This document shows positions 1 to 9,699 of a stretch of DNA of 64,000 bases, in pieces. The stretch's first letter is position 1; each line of letters starts with the position of its first letter. The DNA is from an uncultured Gammaproteobacteria bacterium (GTDB taxonomy: Bacteria; Pseudomonadota; Gammaproteobacteria; Magnimaribacterales; Magnimaribacteraceae), in the NCBI GenBank assembly GCA_964635015.1, contig CAZWMS010000002.1:647-64646 (forward strand), written 5' to 3'. Below the pieces are notes generated by a model. That model did no database searches, was not told the origin of the DNA, and was given only the letters and a program-made list of their open reading frames with translations. The translations under genes and the position numbers were made by a program.

Positions 1-26
1 TGATTTAAGTTAATTTTGTCTTAAGA

Positions 27-72
27 AAAACCGATCACAGGTAAAAAGACTTTGTGGTCGGTTTTCTTTTTT
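27..72 (+). terminator. Rho-independent terminator of the upstream off-window gene
   Basis: The stem pairs 30-40 (ACCGATCACAG) with 52-62 (TTGTGGTCGGT): about 11 bp including two G-U pairs, with an 11-nt loop. It is followed by TTTCTTTTTT (63-72). It lies just after a TGA at 1-3 that may be the upstream stop codon. Confidence 0.7.
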
Positions 73-103
73 ATATCTAATTATTTTATTAACATGTATA
101 TGA

Positions 104-1066
104 ATGCAATTTATGAAGGATAAACCAAAGATAGTTTCAATAATGGGTCCTACCGGAGTGGGTAAAACTGATTTAGCAATTTCATTATCAGAAACTATTC
201 CTTCAGAAATAGTAAGTGTTGATTCTGTGCAGATATATAAGCATCTAAATATAGGTAGCGGCAAGCCATCTTCAAAAGTGCTGACCAAATATCCTCATAA
301 GCTCATTGATATTTTAGAGCTTAGGCAATCCTATTCTATGGCTCTATTCAGAAGAGATGCTATGAAAGAAATAATAGAAGCCACTGCAAATAAAAAAGTT
401 CCTTTATTGGTAGGTGGAACTATGCTTTATTTTAGGTCTATTGTTGAAGGTATATCATATATGCCTTCTGCTAGTAGAAAAATAAGGGAAAAAATTTATG
501 ACGAGGCAGGTAAGAAGGGTTGGGATTTTCTTCATAAGAAGTTATCTTTAATTGACCCTAAATCTGCAAACAAAATACACAAGAATGACTCTCAAAGAAT
601 CCAACGAGCTCTAGAAGTTTATGAATTAACCTTACAACCTATGTCTATTTGGCAGAATAAAAAAAGATTAAATAAAAGTGGGTTGGCTTTAGATTATGAA
701 ATTTTTCAATTTGCAATTAAACCAGAAAGTAGAGAAATACATAGGCAACAAGTAAAAAGAAGATTTTTATCCATGTTAGATAATGGTTTAATTGGAGAAG
801 TAAAGAATTTATTAGAATTAAAAGGGATAAATAGTGATTTAAAGGCTTTGAAGAATGTTGGCTATAAGCAGGTTTGTCAATACTTAGAAGGTCATCTGTC
901 TTATGATGAAATGATAAATAGAGCGGTAATTGCTACTAGACAATTAGCAAAAAGACAAATGACTTTTCTGCGTGGATGGAAGGATATAATCTGGCTTCCT
1001 TACGATAAAGAATCTGCACTTTCATTGATAGCAAATAAGATAGAAAATAAAACTTTAAAGACTTAA
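104..1066 (+). CDS. miaA: tRNA dimethylallyltransferase
   Basis: The N-terminus carries the P-loop MGPTGVGKTDLAI, and the length is about 320 aa. It sits upstream of hflX-hflK-hflC. The ATG at 113 is an alternative start. Confidence 0.92.
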   Translation: MQFMKDKPKIVSIMGPTGVGKTDLAISLSETIPSEIVSVDSVQIYKHLNIGSGKPSSKVLTKYPHKLIDILELRQSYSMALFRRDAMKEIIEATANKKVPLLVGGTMLYFRSIVEGISYMPSASRKIREKIYDEAGKKGWDFLHKKLSLIDPKSANKIHKNDSQRIQRALEVYELTLQPMSIWQNKKRLNKSGLALDYEIFQFAIKPESREIHRQQVKRRFLSMLDNGLIGEVKNLLELKGINSDLKALKNVGYKQVCQYLEGHLSYDEMINRAVIATRQLAKRQMTFLRGWKDIIWLPYDKESALSLIANKIENKTLKT

Positions 1067-1073
1067 TTTTTTT

Positions 1074-2354
1074 ATGATTTCGGATAGAGACTTAACCAAG
1101 CCAATTATCATAGTTCAGATAGAACTTCATAAGACTAAAAGAGAAAATTTTACAGATAAGCTTTCAGAATTTAAGAATCTTGTTCTTTCTACTGGAGTAG
1201 TTAATTTAAAAGAAGTTATTGGAAAACAGGCCAGACCAGTTGCAGGAACATTTATCAGAAAGGGAAAAGCCTTATCTATAAAGAAAATAGTAGAGGATAC
1301 AAAATCAAATCTTGTTATCTTTAATCATGAACTAACACCATCACAAGAGAGAAACTTAGAGTCTATTTTTAACGCTAGAGTCCTTGACAGGACAGGGTTA
1401 ATACTTGATATATTTGCCATTCGTGCAAACAGTCATGTGGGGAAGCTTCAAGTTGAGCTTGCACAATTAACTCACCTCTCAACTCGCTTAATAAGAGGTT
1501 GGAGTCATTTAGAGAGACAAAGAGGTGGAATAGGTTTAAGAGGAGGACCGGGAGAGAAGCAACTAGAAACAGATAGAAGATTAATTGGTCAAAGGATAAA
1601 GTCAATTAAGAAAAGATTGAGTAGAGTTCACAGGCAAAAATCTATTAATAGATATTCTAGAAAAAAAAGTCAGAATAAGTTGGTTGCTTTAGTTGGATAT
1701 ACAAATTCTGGGAAAACCACTCTCTTTAATATATTGACTGGAGCAAATGAATTGGTAGCTAATAAGCCTTTCGCAACTTTAGACTCTATAACCAGAAGAA
1801 ATGCTACTCCTGAATTAGAGAGAATTTTATTCTCAGATACAGTAGGCTTTATATCTGATCTTCCAACCCACTTAGTTGAATCTTTTAAAACAACTCTGGA
1901 TGAATTAAATGCTGCAGATCTTTTAATCCATGTAGTGGATATTTCTGATCCTAACCATTTAGAGAAAATTGAAAATGTTAATCAGTTACTAGATGAATTA
2001 AACCTTACTCAAATCCCTCAAATTAGGGTAAATAATAAGATAGATAAGCTTAGTATGGGGGTTTATAAAAAAACAACTAGACAAAATACAAAAGAAGTTT
2101 GGATTTCTGCAAAACATAATTCAGGCATAGAAAGCCTTAAGGAATCTTTAAATAAATTTATAAATGAAGGAATTTTTAAAGGTTGGATTACTCTTGAATC
2201 TTCACTGGGCAAATTAAGATCTAGGCTTTATTCGCTTGGAAGGGTAATTGAAGAAAGAACTACAGACAAGGGTCTGATACAATTGCATTTAAAAGTAGGA
2301 AATCAAGAGTTAAAAAAAATAACTTCTCAAAAAGGCATAGATATTATTGAGTAA
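1074..2354 (+). CDS. hflX: GTPase HflX
   Basis: The HflX N-domain motif GKLQVELAQL is present, along with G1 GYTNSGKTTL, G3 DTVGF and G4 NKID. It is followed by hflK and hflC. Confidence 0.93.
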   Translation: MISDRDLTKPIIIVQIELHKTKRENFTDKLSEFKNLVLSTGVVNLKEVIGKQARPVAGTFIRKGKALSIKKIVEDTKSNLVIFNHELTPSQERNLESIFNARVLDRTGLILDIFAIRANSHVGKLQVELAQLTHLSTRLIRGWSHLERQRGGIGLRGGPGEKQLETDRRLIGQRIKSIKKRLSRVHRQKSINRYSRKKSQNKLVALVGYTNSGKTTLFNILTGANELVANKPFATLDSITRRNATPELERILFSDTVGFISDLPTHLVESFKTTLDELNAADLLIHVVDISDPNHLEKIENVNQLLDELNLTQIPQIRVNNKIDKLSMGVYKKTTRQNTKEVWISAKHNSGIESLKESLNKFINEGIFKGWITLESSLGKLRSRLYSLGRVIEERTTDKGLIQLHLKVGNQELKKITSQKGIDIIE

Positions 2355-2387
2355 TAAAAGGAAATAAATAAAGGAGAGAAAATTTAA

Positions 2388-3518
2388 ATGTCTTGGAATA
2401 ACAATAATGGTAATAAAGATCCTTGGGGGAGAAATGATGGTCCCCCTGATATAGATGAAGCCATAAAAAAAATAAAAGAGCGTTTTAGTCTCTTATTTGG
2501 TTCTTCAGGAGGAGGAGGTTTTACTTCCAAAAGTTTCTTTTCCTTATTTTCGATTTTACTTGCTTTATGGTTTGTATTTGGAATATATCAGGTAGAGCAA
2601 GCAGAAAGATCTGTTGTGCTAAGACTGGGTAAATATCTTGAAACAAAAGGTCCGGGTCTTCATTGGAACCCTCCTATAATTGATTCAGTGACAAAAGTAG
2701 ATGTAGTAAGAGTTAGACCCCATCGTCATGATGCTTTAATGCTCACAAAGGACGAGAACATAGTGGATGTAACCGTTTCTGTTCAGTATCAAATTACTAA
2801 CCCAGAAAATTATCTTCTTGAAATAAGAGGTGCTGATAATAGCCTAGCTCAAGCTACAGAAAGTGCATTGAGGCATGTAATAGGAAGTACAATTATGGAC
2901 GATGCTTTGACTACAGGACGGGAGTTAATAGCACAGCAAGTTAAAGAAAGACTCCAGATCTATTTAGATAAATATATAACAGGATTACAGGTAGTAATTG
3001 TTAATATAGAAGATTCTTCTCCTCCTGATCAGGTACAAGAAGCATTTGATGATGTTATAAAAGCCCGTGAGGATGAAGTAAGAGTTAGGAATGAAGCCGA
3101 AACCTATGCAAATGGTCTGGTGCCAGAAGCAAGAGGTCAAGCTCAAAGAATGATTCAACAAGCACAAGCTTACAGAGAGCAAGTAATTGCTGAGGCCCAA
3201 GGAGACGCTACTCGCTTTAATCTCCTTTTAGCAGAGTATGAAAAAGCTCCAGAAGTAACTAGAAATAGACTATACCTTGATGCAGTACAGAATGTTATGT
3301 CCAATAGCACTAAGGTTATGATAGATGTGGAGGGTGGAAATAATATTCTTTATTTGCCTTTAGATAAGATAGCTAAAGCTTCAAGGAATGAGGAAGAAAA
3401 TATTAGCATTCCTTCGCAAGAATCAAACCAAACAAACTCTTCTGGTTCTATTAGAGAATTAACCAATAGAGTCATAGAAGAGATTAGAAGAAGAAATAGA
3501 CAACAGGATGGGAGATAA
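2388..3518 (+). CDS. hflK: FtsH protease modulator HflK (SPFH/band-7)
   Basis: The N-terminal tail NNNNGNKDPWG..GPPDIDE is followed by one TM helix, then an SPFH domain. A good RBS (AAAGGAGAG) lies upstream. The junction with hflC is TAATG. Confidence 0.93.
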   Translation: MSWNNNNGNKDPWGRNDGPPDIDEAIKKIKERFSLLFGSSGGGGFTSKSFFSLFSILLALWFVFGIYQVEQAERSVVLRLGKYLETKGPGLHWNPPIIDSVTKVDVVRVRPHRHDALMLTKDENIVDVTVSVQYQITNPENYLLEIRGADNSLAQATESALRHVIGSTIMDDALTTGRELIAQQVKERLQIYLDKYITGLQVVIVNIEDSSPPDQVQEAFDDVIKAREDEVRVRNEAETYANGLVPEARGQAQRMIQQAQAYREQVIAEAQGDATRFNLLLAEYEKAPEVTRNRLYLDAVQNVMSNSTKVMIDVEGGNNILYLPLDKIAKASRNEEENISIPSQESNQTNSSGSIRELTNRVIEEIRRRNRQQDGR

Positions 3519-4390
3519 TGAGTAAATTAAAAATTTTTATATCTGCTTTTTTAGTCATATTAGTTATTTTGTTGACTCAGTCTCTGTATGTGGTTAAAGA
3601 GACTCAAAGAGCCGTATTACTTAGATTTGGAGAAATAATTCAGTTTGATGTTTCCCCGGGCTTACACTTTAAATTTCCAGTTATTAACACCGTGAGAAAA
3701 TTTGATTCAAGAATACTAACTTTAGATGCTCCACCACAAAGATATTTAACATCTGAGAAGAAGGCTCTCATGGTGGATTCTTTTGTTAAGTGGAGAGTTA
3801 AAAATGTAGCTAAATATTTTACTACTAGTGGAGGAGATGAAGAGAGATTAAAAAGACTACTTATACAAAGAATAGACACAGGTTTGCGTAATGAGTTTGG
3901 AGTTAGGACAGTAAAAGAAGTTGTTTCCGGTGAAAGGGATGAGTTAATGACTAAACTGGCCACTCAACTTGATCTTATTGCACAAAAGGAACTAGGAATT
4001 GAAGTAATCGATCTTAGAGTTAAGAAAATAGATCTTCCTACGGAAGTTAGTGAATCTGTCTATAACAGAATGCGTACTGAAAGAGAGAGATTAGCAAGGG
4101 AACTTAGAGCTCAAGGTAACGAAGTAGCAGCAGAAATAAGGGCAAAGGCTGATAAAGCAAAAACTGTTATATTAGCTGATGCTTATAGAGAAGCTGAAGA
4201 AACCAAGGGTGATGGAGATGCCACAGCTACGGCAACATATGCTTCTGCTTATTCAAAAAATGCTGAATTTTATGACTTCACTAGAAGTCTTAAGGCATAT
4301 CAGGCAACTTTTGAGAATAAATCTGATATTTTATTGATAGATCCAGAAAGTGATTTTTTTAAATACTTAGATAATTCAAAAGTTGATTAA
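3518..4390 (+). CDS. hflC: FtsH protease modulator HflC (SPFH/band-7)
   Basis: It has an N-terminal TM helix, an SPFH domain and a coiled-coil RTERERLARELRAQG. It lies immediately downstream of hflK. Confidence 0.93.
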   Translation: MSKLKIFISAFLVILVILLTQSLYVVKETQRAVLLRFGEIIQFDVSPGLHFKFPVINTVRKFDSRILTLDAPPQRYLTSEKKALMVDSFVKWRVKNVAKYFTTSGGDEERLKRLLIQRIDTGLRNEFGVRTVKEVVSGERDELMTKLATQLDLIAQKELGIEVIDLRVKKIDLPTEVSESVYNRMRTERERLARELRAQGNEVAAEIRAKADKAKTVILADAYREAEETKGDGDATATATYASAYSKNAEFYDFTRSLKAYQATFENKSDILLIDPESDFFKYLDNSKVD

Positions 4391-4422
4391 AAAAGTAAAT
4401 TAAATCTGCCAGTTGTTTATTT

Positions 4423-5412
4423 ATGGCAACAAAAATCGATTGGAATCTTCCTGAAGGAGTTGAAGAAATTCTACCTCCAAAGGCAATGAAGGTGGAAAAA
4501 TTAAGAAGGAAATTAATTGATCTTTATGTTTCGTCTGGTTACGAATTTATTCTTCCTCCTTTAATAGAATTTTCTGAAACCTTAGGGGGCGAAGCTCACG
4601 AAGAGTTGTCCAGTTATGCCTTTACTTTTAAAGACGAATTGTCAGGGAAAAATTTATCTATCAGGCCGGATATTTCAGAACAAGCCTCAAGAATAGATGC
4701 CTATAGAATTGAATCAATCAAGCCAGTTAGGCTCTGTTATGCTGGAGATGTTGTTAAAAACAAGATCTCACCCATTCACAGATCAAGAACAACTATCCAA
4801 GTTGGAGCAGAAATTTATGGTGATCACTCAATGAATGCAGACTTAGAGAGCATCCAACTTATGATAAAAAGTTTAATAAATCTAGGAATAGACAAAATAA
4901 CTTTAAGTTTAGGTCATGCGGGTTTAATATCTTTAGTGATCAAAGAATTAGGAAAAAATACTTTTAGTCATATTCAAGATATAGAAGCTGCATTGTCAAG
5001 AAAATCCCAGTCAGATATTAGAGCTTTAAGCAACAAGAATTTAACTGAAGATAAGATAAAATTGTTGTTAGATTTATGTAATTTGTACGGAAAGAAAGAG
5101 ATTTTAGATTCAGCCCACAAGAAGTTAAAAATTTTGGGAAAAGAAGCAAAAGATTATCTTTCTTACTTAGAAAGAGTAGTAGAAAATTTAGATTTAGATG
5201 AAAGAGTTAAAATCCATATAGACTTAGGTGAGGTTCATGGATTTAGGTACCACAATGGAATTGTTTTCTCTGCTTTTATAGAAAATGCTGGTTATTGTCT
5301 TTCAAAAGGAGGCAGGTATGATGGGTTGAGTAAAGTAGAAAACTTACCAAGATCTGCTGTAGGTTTTGATTTAGATTTATTAGCGGTTGTAAATTTTGCA
5401 AATATATCTTGA
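4423..5412 (+). CDS. hisZ: ATP phosphoribosyltransferase regulatory subunit HisZ
   Basis: The N-terminus WNLPEGVEEILPPKAMKVEKLRRKLIDLY..GYEFILPPLIE is the HisZ (HisRS-like) pattern. The hflC-hisZ-purA order matches Pseudomonas-type genomes. Confidence 0.85.
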   Translation: MATKIDWNLPEGVEEILPPKAMKVEKLRRKLIDLYVSSGYEFILPPLIEFSETLGGEAHEELSSYAFTFKDELSGKNLSIRPDISEQASRIDAYRIESIKPVRLCYAGDVVKNKISPIHRSRTTIQVGAEIYGDHSMNADLESIQLMIKSLINLGIDKITLSLGHAGLISLVIKELGKNTFSHIQDIEAALSRKSQSDIRALSNKNLTEDKIKLLLDLCNLYGKKEILDSAHKKLKILGKEAKDYLSYLERVVENLDLDERVKIHIDLGEVHGFRYHNGIVFSAFIENAGYCLSKGGRYDGLSKVENLPRSAVGFDLDLLAVVNFANIS

Positions 5413-5415
5413 AAA

Positions 5416-6705
5416 ATGAGTAAATGTATTTCTTTGTTAGGACTTCAATGGGGGGATGAGGGCAAAGGAAAGTTAGTTGATTTTTTATCAAAAGACATAG
5501 ATGCAGCAGTTCGTTACCAAGGGGGACATAATGCAGGTCATACTTTGATGGTAGGCAAAGATAAAATAATTTTTCATCTATTGCCTTCAGCTATTTATCA
5601 CAAAAATATTCAATGTTTTATAGGTAGGGGAGTTGTAGTAAGTTTAGAAGCATTTTTCCAAGAGATTAAGGAAGCATCCAATTTTATAGGAGACATCAAA
5701 GAGCGCTTGACCATAAGCTCAGCATGCAGTCTCATTCAGTCGTATCATATAAAAATAGAACAGCTAAGAGAAATGTCAAAATCACAAGTAACAATCGGAA
5801 CTACTGGCAAAGGTATAGGACCAACCTATGAAGATAGGGTTGGAAGAAGATCTATAAGAGTAGTAGATTTGTATACCCCAAGTTTATTAGAAGACAAGTT
5901 AAAAGAAGCACTAAGTTTTTATAATTTTCAATTCAAGCATTATTTTAATTCTGATGAAGAAGATTTATCTAATTTACTAGATAGGAACTTAGAATTGGCT
6001 GAAGACCTAAGACCGTATGTAGGAAATGTTATTCAAGAATTAAGACAGCTTCAGGATAATAATAAAAATATCTTATTTGAGGGTGCACAAGGATCTTTAT
6101 TAGATATAAGTTTTGGAACTTATCCCTTCGTAACTTCTAGCAATTCTTCAGTGGGTGGTATTTCTTCAGGAGCAGGGATTAGTCCCTCAGCTCTTGATTA
6201 TTCTCTAGGAGTAACTAAAGCCTATACGACAAGAGTAGGTGAAGGTCCATTTCCTACTGAACTTACAAATGGGGTAGGAGAACATCTTGCAGCAAAAGGA
6301 GGTGAGATAGGTGCTACCACGGGGAGACCCAGGCGTTGTGGATGGTTAGATGGAGTATTACTTTCCCATATGGCTTATTTAAATGGAGTAAACGGACTTT
6401 GCTTAACTAAAATTGATGTTTTAGACGGATTAGACAAAATCAAAATATGTGTAGATTATTCAAGTGCCAAGAAAAAAGAATATATTTTAGAGACCATGAG
6501 CTTAGAAGAAATAAAGCCTAAATATGTGGAATTATCTGGTTGGAAAGAATCAACATACCAAATTCAGAAATTTCATGAACTCAATCAAGGTGCAAAAAAC
6601 TTCATTGATAAAGTAGAAGAAATAAGTGGCATTCCTGTGGTTATGGTATCTACTGGACCCAAACGAGAAGATATAATTGTTAGAGAATATCCATTGAATT
6701 TATGA
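5416..6705 (+). CDS. purA: Adenylosuccinate synthetase
   Basis: Motifs QWGDEGKGK, GTTGKGIGPTYEDR and TTGRPRRCGWLD are present. Length is 429 aa. Confidence 0.96.
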   Translation: MSKCISLLGLQWGDEGKGKLVDFLSKDIDAAVRYQGGHNAGHTLMVGKDKIIFHLLPSAIYHKNIQCFIGRGVVVSLEAFFQEIKEASNFIGDIKERLTISSACSLIQSYHIKIEQLREMSKSQVTIGTTGKGIGPTYEDRVGRRSIRVVDLYTPSLLEDKLKEALSFYNFQFKHYFNSDEEDLSNLLDRNLELAEDLRPYVGNVIQELRQLQDNNKNILFEGAQGSLLDISFGTYPFVTSSNSSVGGISSGAGISPSALDYSLGVTKAYTTRVGEGPFPTELTNGVGEHLAAKGGEIGATTGRPRRCGWLDGVLLSHMAYLNGVNGLCLTKIDVLDGLDKIKICVDYSSAKKKEYILETMSLEEIKPKYVELSGWKESTYQIQKFHELNQGAKNFIDKVEEISGIPVVMVSTGPKREDIIVREYPLNL

Positions 6706-7091
6706 GTTACATTATTAAGGTCACGGTTTTTATTTTTTCTTTAGTTATGTTAGCTGAAGAAGGGATCAGAGGACATGTATTGGGTGATAAATACAAGGCA
6801 GATAAGCACTCTACATTGGTACTTTACCACTATAAAAAAGATGTTAATAAACCGTGGCTTACTGGAGACTTCGATTTTCCTGGAATTATTTCTTTGTATT
6901 TAGTTTCAGTAGATTCCAGAGATTTATATAAGGTAAAGAAAGGAGATAAGATTGAACTCATTGAAAGTTTAAATGAAAGTGATATTTATAAAGTTAAGTT
7001 ATTAAAAGACAACTCAAGAAGACCTTTCTATTTTTTAAAATCAGAGGATCTCAAGCACTTCAAATTAGAAGAAAAGCCTTCTTCTAGTTAA
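6702..7091 (+). CDS. Hypothetical small exported protein (129 aa)
   Basis: The N-terminal hydrophobic segment IIKVTVFIFSLVMLA looks like a signal peptide or anchor. Its ATG overlaps the purA TGA (ATGA), and it ends 9 nt before the DUF3604 gene. I recognise no family. Confidence 0.55.
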   Translation: MSYIIKVTVFIFSLVMLAEEGIRGHVLGDKYKADKHSTLVLYHYKKDVNKPWLTGDFDFPGIISLYLVSVDSRDLYKVKKGDKIELIESLNESDIYKVKLLKDNSRRPFYFLKSEDLKHFKLEEKPSSS

Positions 7092-7100
7092 CTTGAGAAT

Positions 7101-9323
7101 ATGAAAAAGATAAAAAAAAGATATATTCTTTATGCGATTATTTTAATTTTTTCTCCATTTATTCTCCTTTTCTTTTCTATTTTCTTTAATTGGTTTGGAA
7201 CTTATATTGGACCAGGAGAAGTTGCAGATATTAAAAAAATTAATCAAATTTCTCCTACAGAAGAGGTAACTGGTGATTTAAGTGGACAACTTAAAAAAAG
7301 AATACTTTTTGGAGATTTACATGTTCACACAACTTTTTCTTTTGATGCTTTTATTCTCAATCTTCCTATTGCTCAAGGAGAGGGTGTTCACCCAGTATCT
7401 GATGCCTGTAATTTTGCTAGATTTTGTTCAGGATTAGATTTTTTTGGGGTCACAGATCATGCTGAGGGATTAACTCGAAGAGAGTGGTTAGATAGCACAA
7501 AGTCTTTACAACAATGCTCTGAAATTAGTACTAATTCAGGAGCTGAAGGAGTAGTGCCTTTCTTGGGATGGGAATGGACCCAAACCAGCTTAGATAGATC
7601 AAACCATTTTGGACATAAAAATATTATACTTAAAGACTTACAAACAGAAAGAATTCCAGCAAGACCTATTTCTTCAAATGCTAGTCAATTTAATATGTTT
7701 GTAGATATAAATCCCCTTTTTATCATGGGAGCTACAGTCCTTGATTTTTCTAATAGACAACATTACTTTAATTGGAGATATAAATCTCTAGTAGCTTCTT
7801 CTTTAGTGAGTTGTAAAAACGGAACTAATTTTTTTAATACTTCTGAGTGTGCAGAAGTGGCTAACAATCCTGAAGAGCTTATAAATAAATTGAAAAACTT
7901 AAATACAGAAGTATTAATAATTCCACATGGAACTTCGTGGGGCGTTACTTCGCCCCCCCTTGCTTCTTGGGACATTCAACTCAACTCATTAAACTACGAT
8001 TCAAACTTTAGTAAATTAATTGAAATTTATTCAGGTCATGGTAATTCGGAAGAATATAGAGTTTGGTCGCCTTTAGAAGAACAAGGTAGCAATTTTTTTA
8101 ATTGTCCAACTCCAACCCAAGGGTTTTTGCCTAATTGTTTTCAAGCAGGAGAAATCATAAGAGAAAGATGTCGTGTCTCTGCCGGTTCATATGATGAATG
8201 TTCTAAGAGAGCACAGGAAGCTAGAGATAACTTTGTTGAGGCAAGCCCTTTCGGTATCTTAACTGTTCCTGGTTATGAGCCTAAAGAATGGAAGAATTCA
8301 GGACAATGTAAGGATTGTTTTCTTCCCTCATTTAATTACAGACCAAAAATGTCAGCACAATATGCTCTCGCCATTACAGATTTTTCGAGCGGGACTCCTT
8401 TGAGATATAAATTTGGTTTCATCGGATCAAGTGACAATCATTTAGCTAGACCGGGAACAGGCTACAAAGAAAAGTTTAGGAGGTTAAACAGCGAATCCAG
8501 AATAGATATAGAAAATGATTCTGGAAGAAAATTTCTCAATCCAAGGTTGAGTGATCCAAGGTTGCCTAGATCAGAAAAAGTAGATCCATCTTTAATTGAA
8601 AATATAACTCAACCAGTCGAATCTGAAAGGAGTTCATCCTTCTTGTATACAGGAGGGTTAGTTGCAGTGCATTCAGTATCTAAAAATAGAGAAGATATTT
8701 GGAGTGCCCTTAATTCTAAAGAAGTTTATGCAACAAGTGGAGAAAGGATACTTCTTTGGTTTGACTTAATTAATCACCAGAGTAAGAAAATCTTTCCAAT
8801 GGGAAGCGAATTAAATATGACAAAAGAGCCTATTTTTAAGGTAAGAGCTTTAGGATCTCAAGTTCAGAATATAGGGTGCAATGAAGTTTACGAAGGTGAA
8901 AAAACTAAAGGGATTTTAGATAGATTGTGTAAAGGGGAATGTTTTAACCCTACAGATTTAAGAAAAAATATAGATCGCATAGAAGTAATTAGAATAAGAC
9001 CCCAGTCTTATGAAGGAGAGCCTCTAGAAGGTTTAATTGAAGATCCTTGGAAAACCTTTATATGTGAACCCTCTCAAGAGGGGTGTGAAATGGAATTTAG
9101 TGACCCACAATTCTCCATGGGCAATAGAGAGGTAGTCTACTATGTTAGAGCCATTCAAGAAGAGACTGATGCTATTAATGGTTCGGGGTTAAATTGTACT
9201 AAGATTGACGGTAAGTGTACTGAAATAAATTTATGTGGCGAAAAAGGAAGACAAGGAGATTGCTTAGGCTCCGTACAAGAAAGAGCATGGTCCTCACCGA
9301 TTTTTCTTAACTTTTCTTTTTAA
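7101..9323 (+). CDS. DUF3604-family protein: membrane-anchored, PHP-like putative metal-dependent hydrolase
   Basis: It has an N-terminal TM helix (YILYAIILIFSPFILLFFSIFF). His/Asp motifs then follow: GDLHVHTTFSFDA, VTDHAEG, IPHGTSWG, YSGHGNSE and GSSDNHLARPG, typical of DUF3604 and reminiscent of the PHP metal site. The C-terminus is Cys-rich. Confidence 0.75.
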   Translation: MKKIKKRYILYAIILIFSPFILLFFSIFFNWFGTYIGPGEVADIKKINQISPTEEVTGDLSGQLKKRILFGDLHVHTTFSFDAFILNLPIAQGEGVHPVSDACNFARFCSGLDFFGVTDHAEGLTRREWLDSTKSLQQCSEISTNSGAEGVVPFLGWEWTQTSLDRSNHFGHKNIILKDLQTERIPARPISSNASQFNMFVDINPLFIMGATVLDFSNRQHYFNWRYKSLVASSLVSCKNGTNFFNTSECAEVANNPEELINKLKNLNTEVLIIPHGTSWGVTSPPLASWDIQLNSLNYDSNFSKLIEIYSGHGNSEEYRVWSPLEEQGSNFFNCPTPTQGFLPNCFQAGEIIRERCRVSAGSYDECSKRAQEARDNFVEASPFGILTVPGYEPKEWKNSGQCKDCFLPSFNYRPKMSAQYALAITDFSSGTPLRYKFGFIGSSDNHLARPGTGYKEKFRRLNSESRIDIENDSGRKFLNPRLSDPRLPRSEKVDPSLIENITQPVESERSSSFLYTGGLVAVHSVSKNREDIWSALNSKEVYATSGERILLWFDLINHQSKKIFPMGSELNMTKEPIFKVRALGSQVQNIGCNEVYEGEKTKGILDRLCKGECFNPTDLRKNIDRIEVIRIRPQSYEGEPLEGLIEDPWKTFICEPSQEGCEMEFSDPQFSMGNREVVYYVRAIQEETDAINGSGLNCTKIDGKCTEINLCGEKGRQGDCLGSVQERAWSSPIFLNFSF

Positions 9324-9699
9324 TAAATTTATCTAATACAGCATTTATAAATTTATATCCGTCAGTAGAACCAAATTTTTTTGATAATCTGATTGCTTCA
9401 CTGATAATTACTAATTTATCAAGCTCCCCTTTTTCTAATTCGAATAAGGCAATGCGTAAAGTATTCCTTTCAATTGGATCTAGTTTTGACAGAGGTATAT
9501 CAATAAATAATTTTATTTTCTTATCTAATTCTTCAATAGACCCCGTTACTCCAGACAATAGAGCCCTAAAGAAACTACTATCATCTTTCTTATATCTCTC
9601 TACTATTTCTTTTAGGCTAGTATCACTAATCTCCATTTCGTAAAGACTTTGTAAAGCCCTATCTCTTGATTTAGTTGGAGATATTTTTTTTTCATTCAT
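9307..9699 (-). CDS. nusB: Transcription antitermination factor NusB
   Basis: The protein is 130 aa with the NusB pattern RDRALQSLYEMEIS...ERNTLRIALFEL. It lies directly downstream of ribH, with an 8-nt overlap. Confidence 0.9.
   Translation of the reverse strand: MNEKKISPTKSRDRALQSLYEMEISDTSLKEIVERYKKDDSSFFRALLSGVTGSIEELDKKIKLFIDIPLSKLDPIERNTLRIALFELEKGELDKLVIISEAIRLSKKFGSTDGYKFINAVLDKFIKKKS

Noticed and set aside
10-288. A 92-aa minus-strand ORF overlaps the miaA 5' end.
   Set aside because: It lies antisense to a confidently identified gene, spans the plus-strand terminator hairpin, and has no recognisable motif. It is typical of spurious antisense ORFs.
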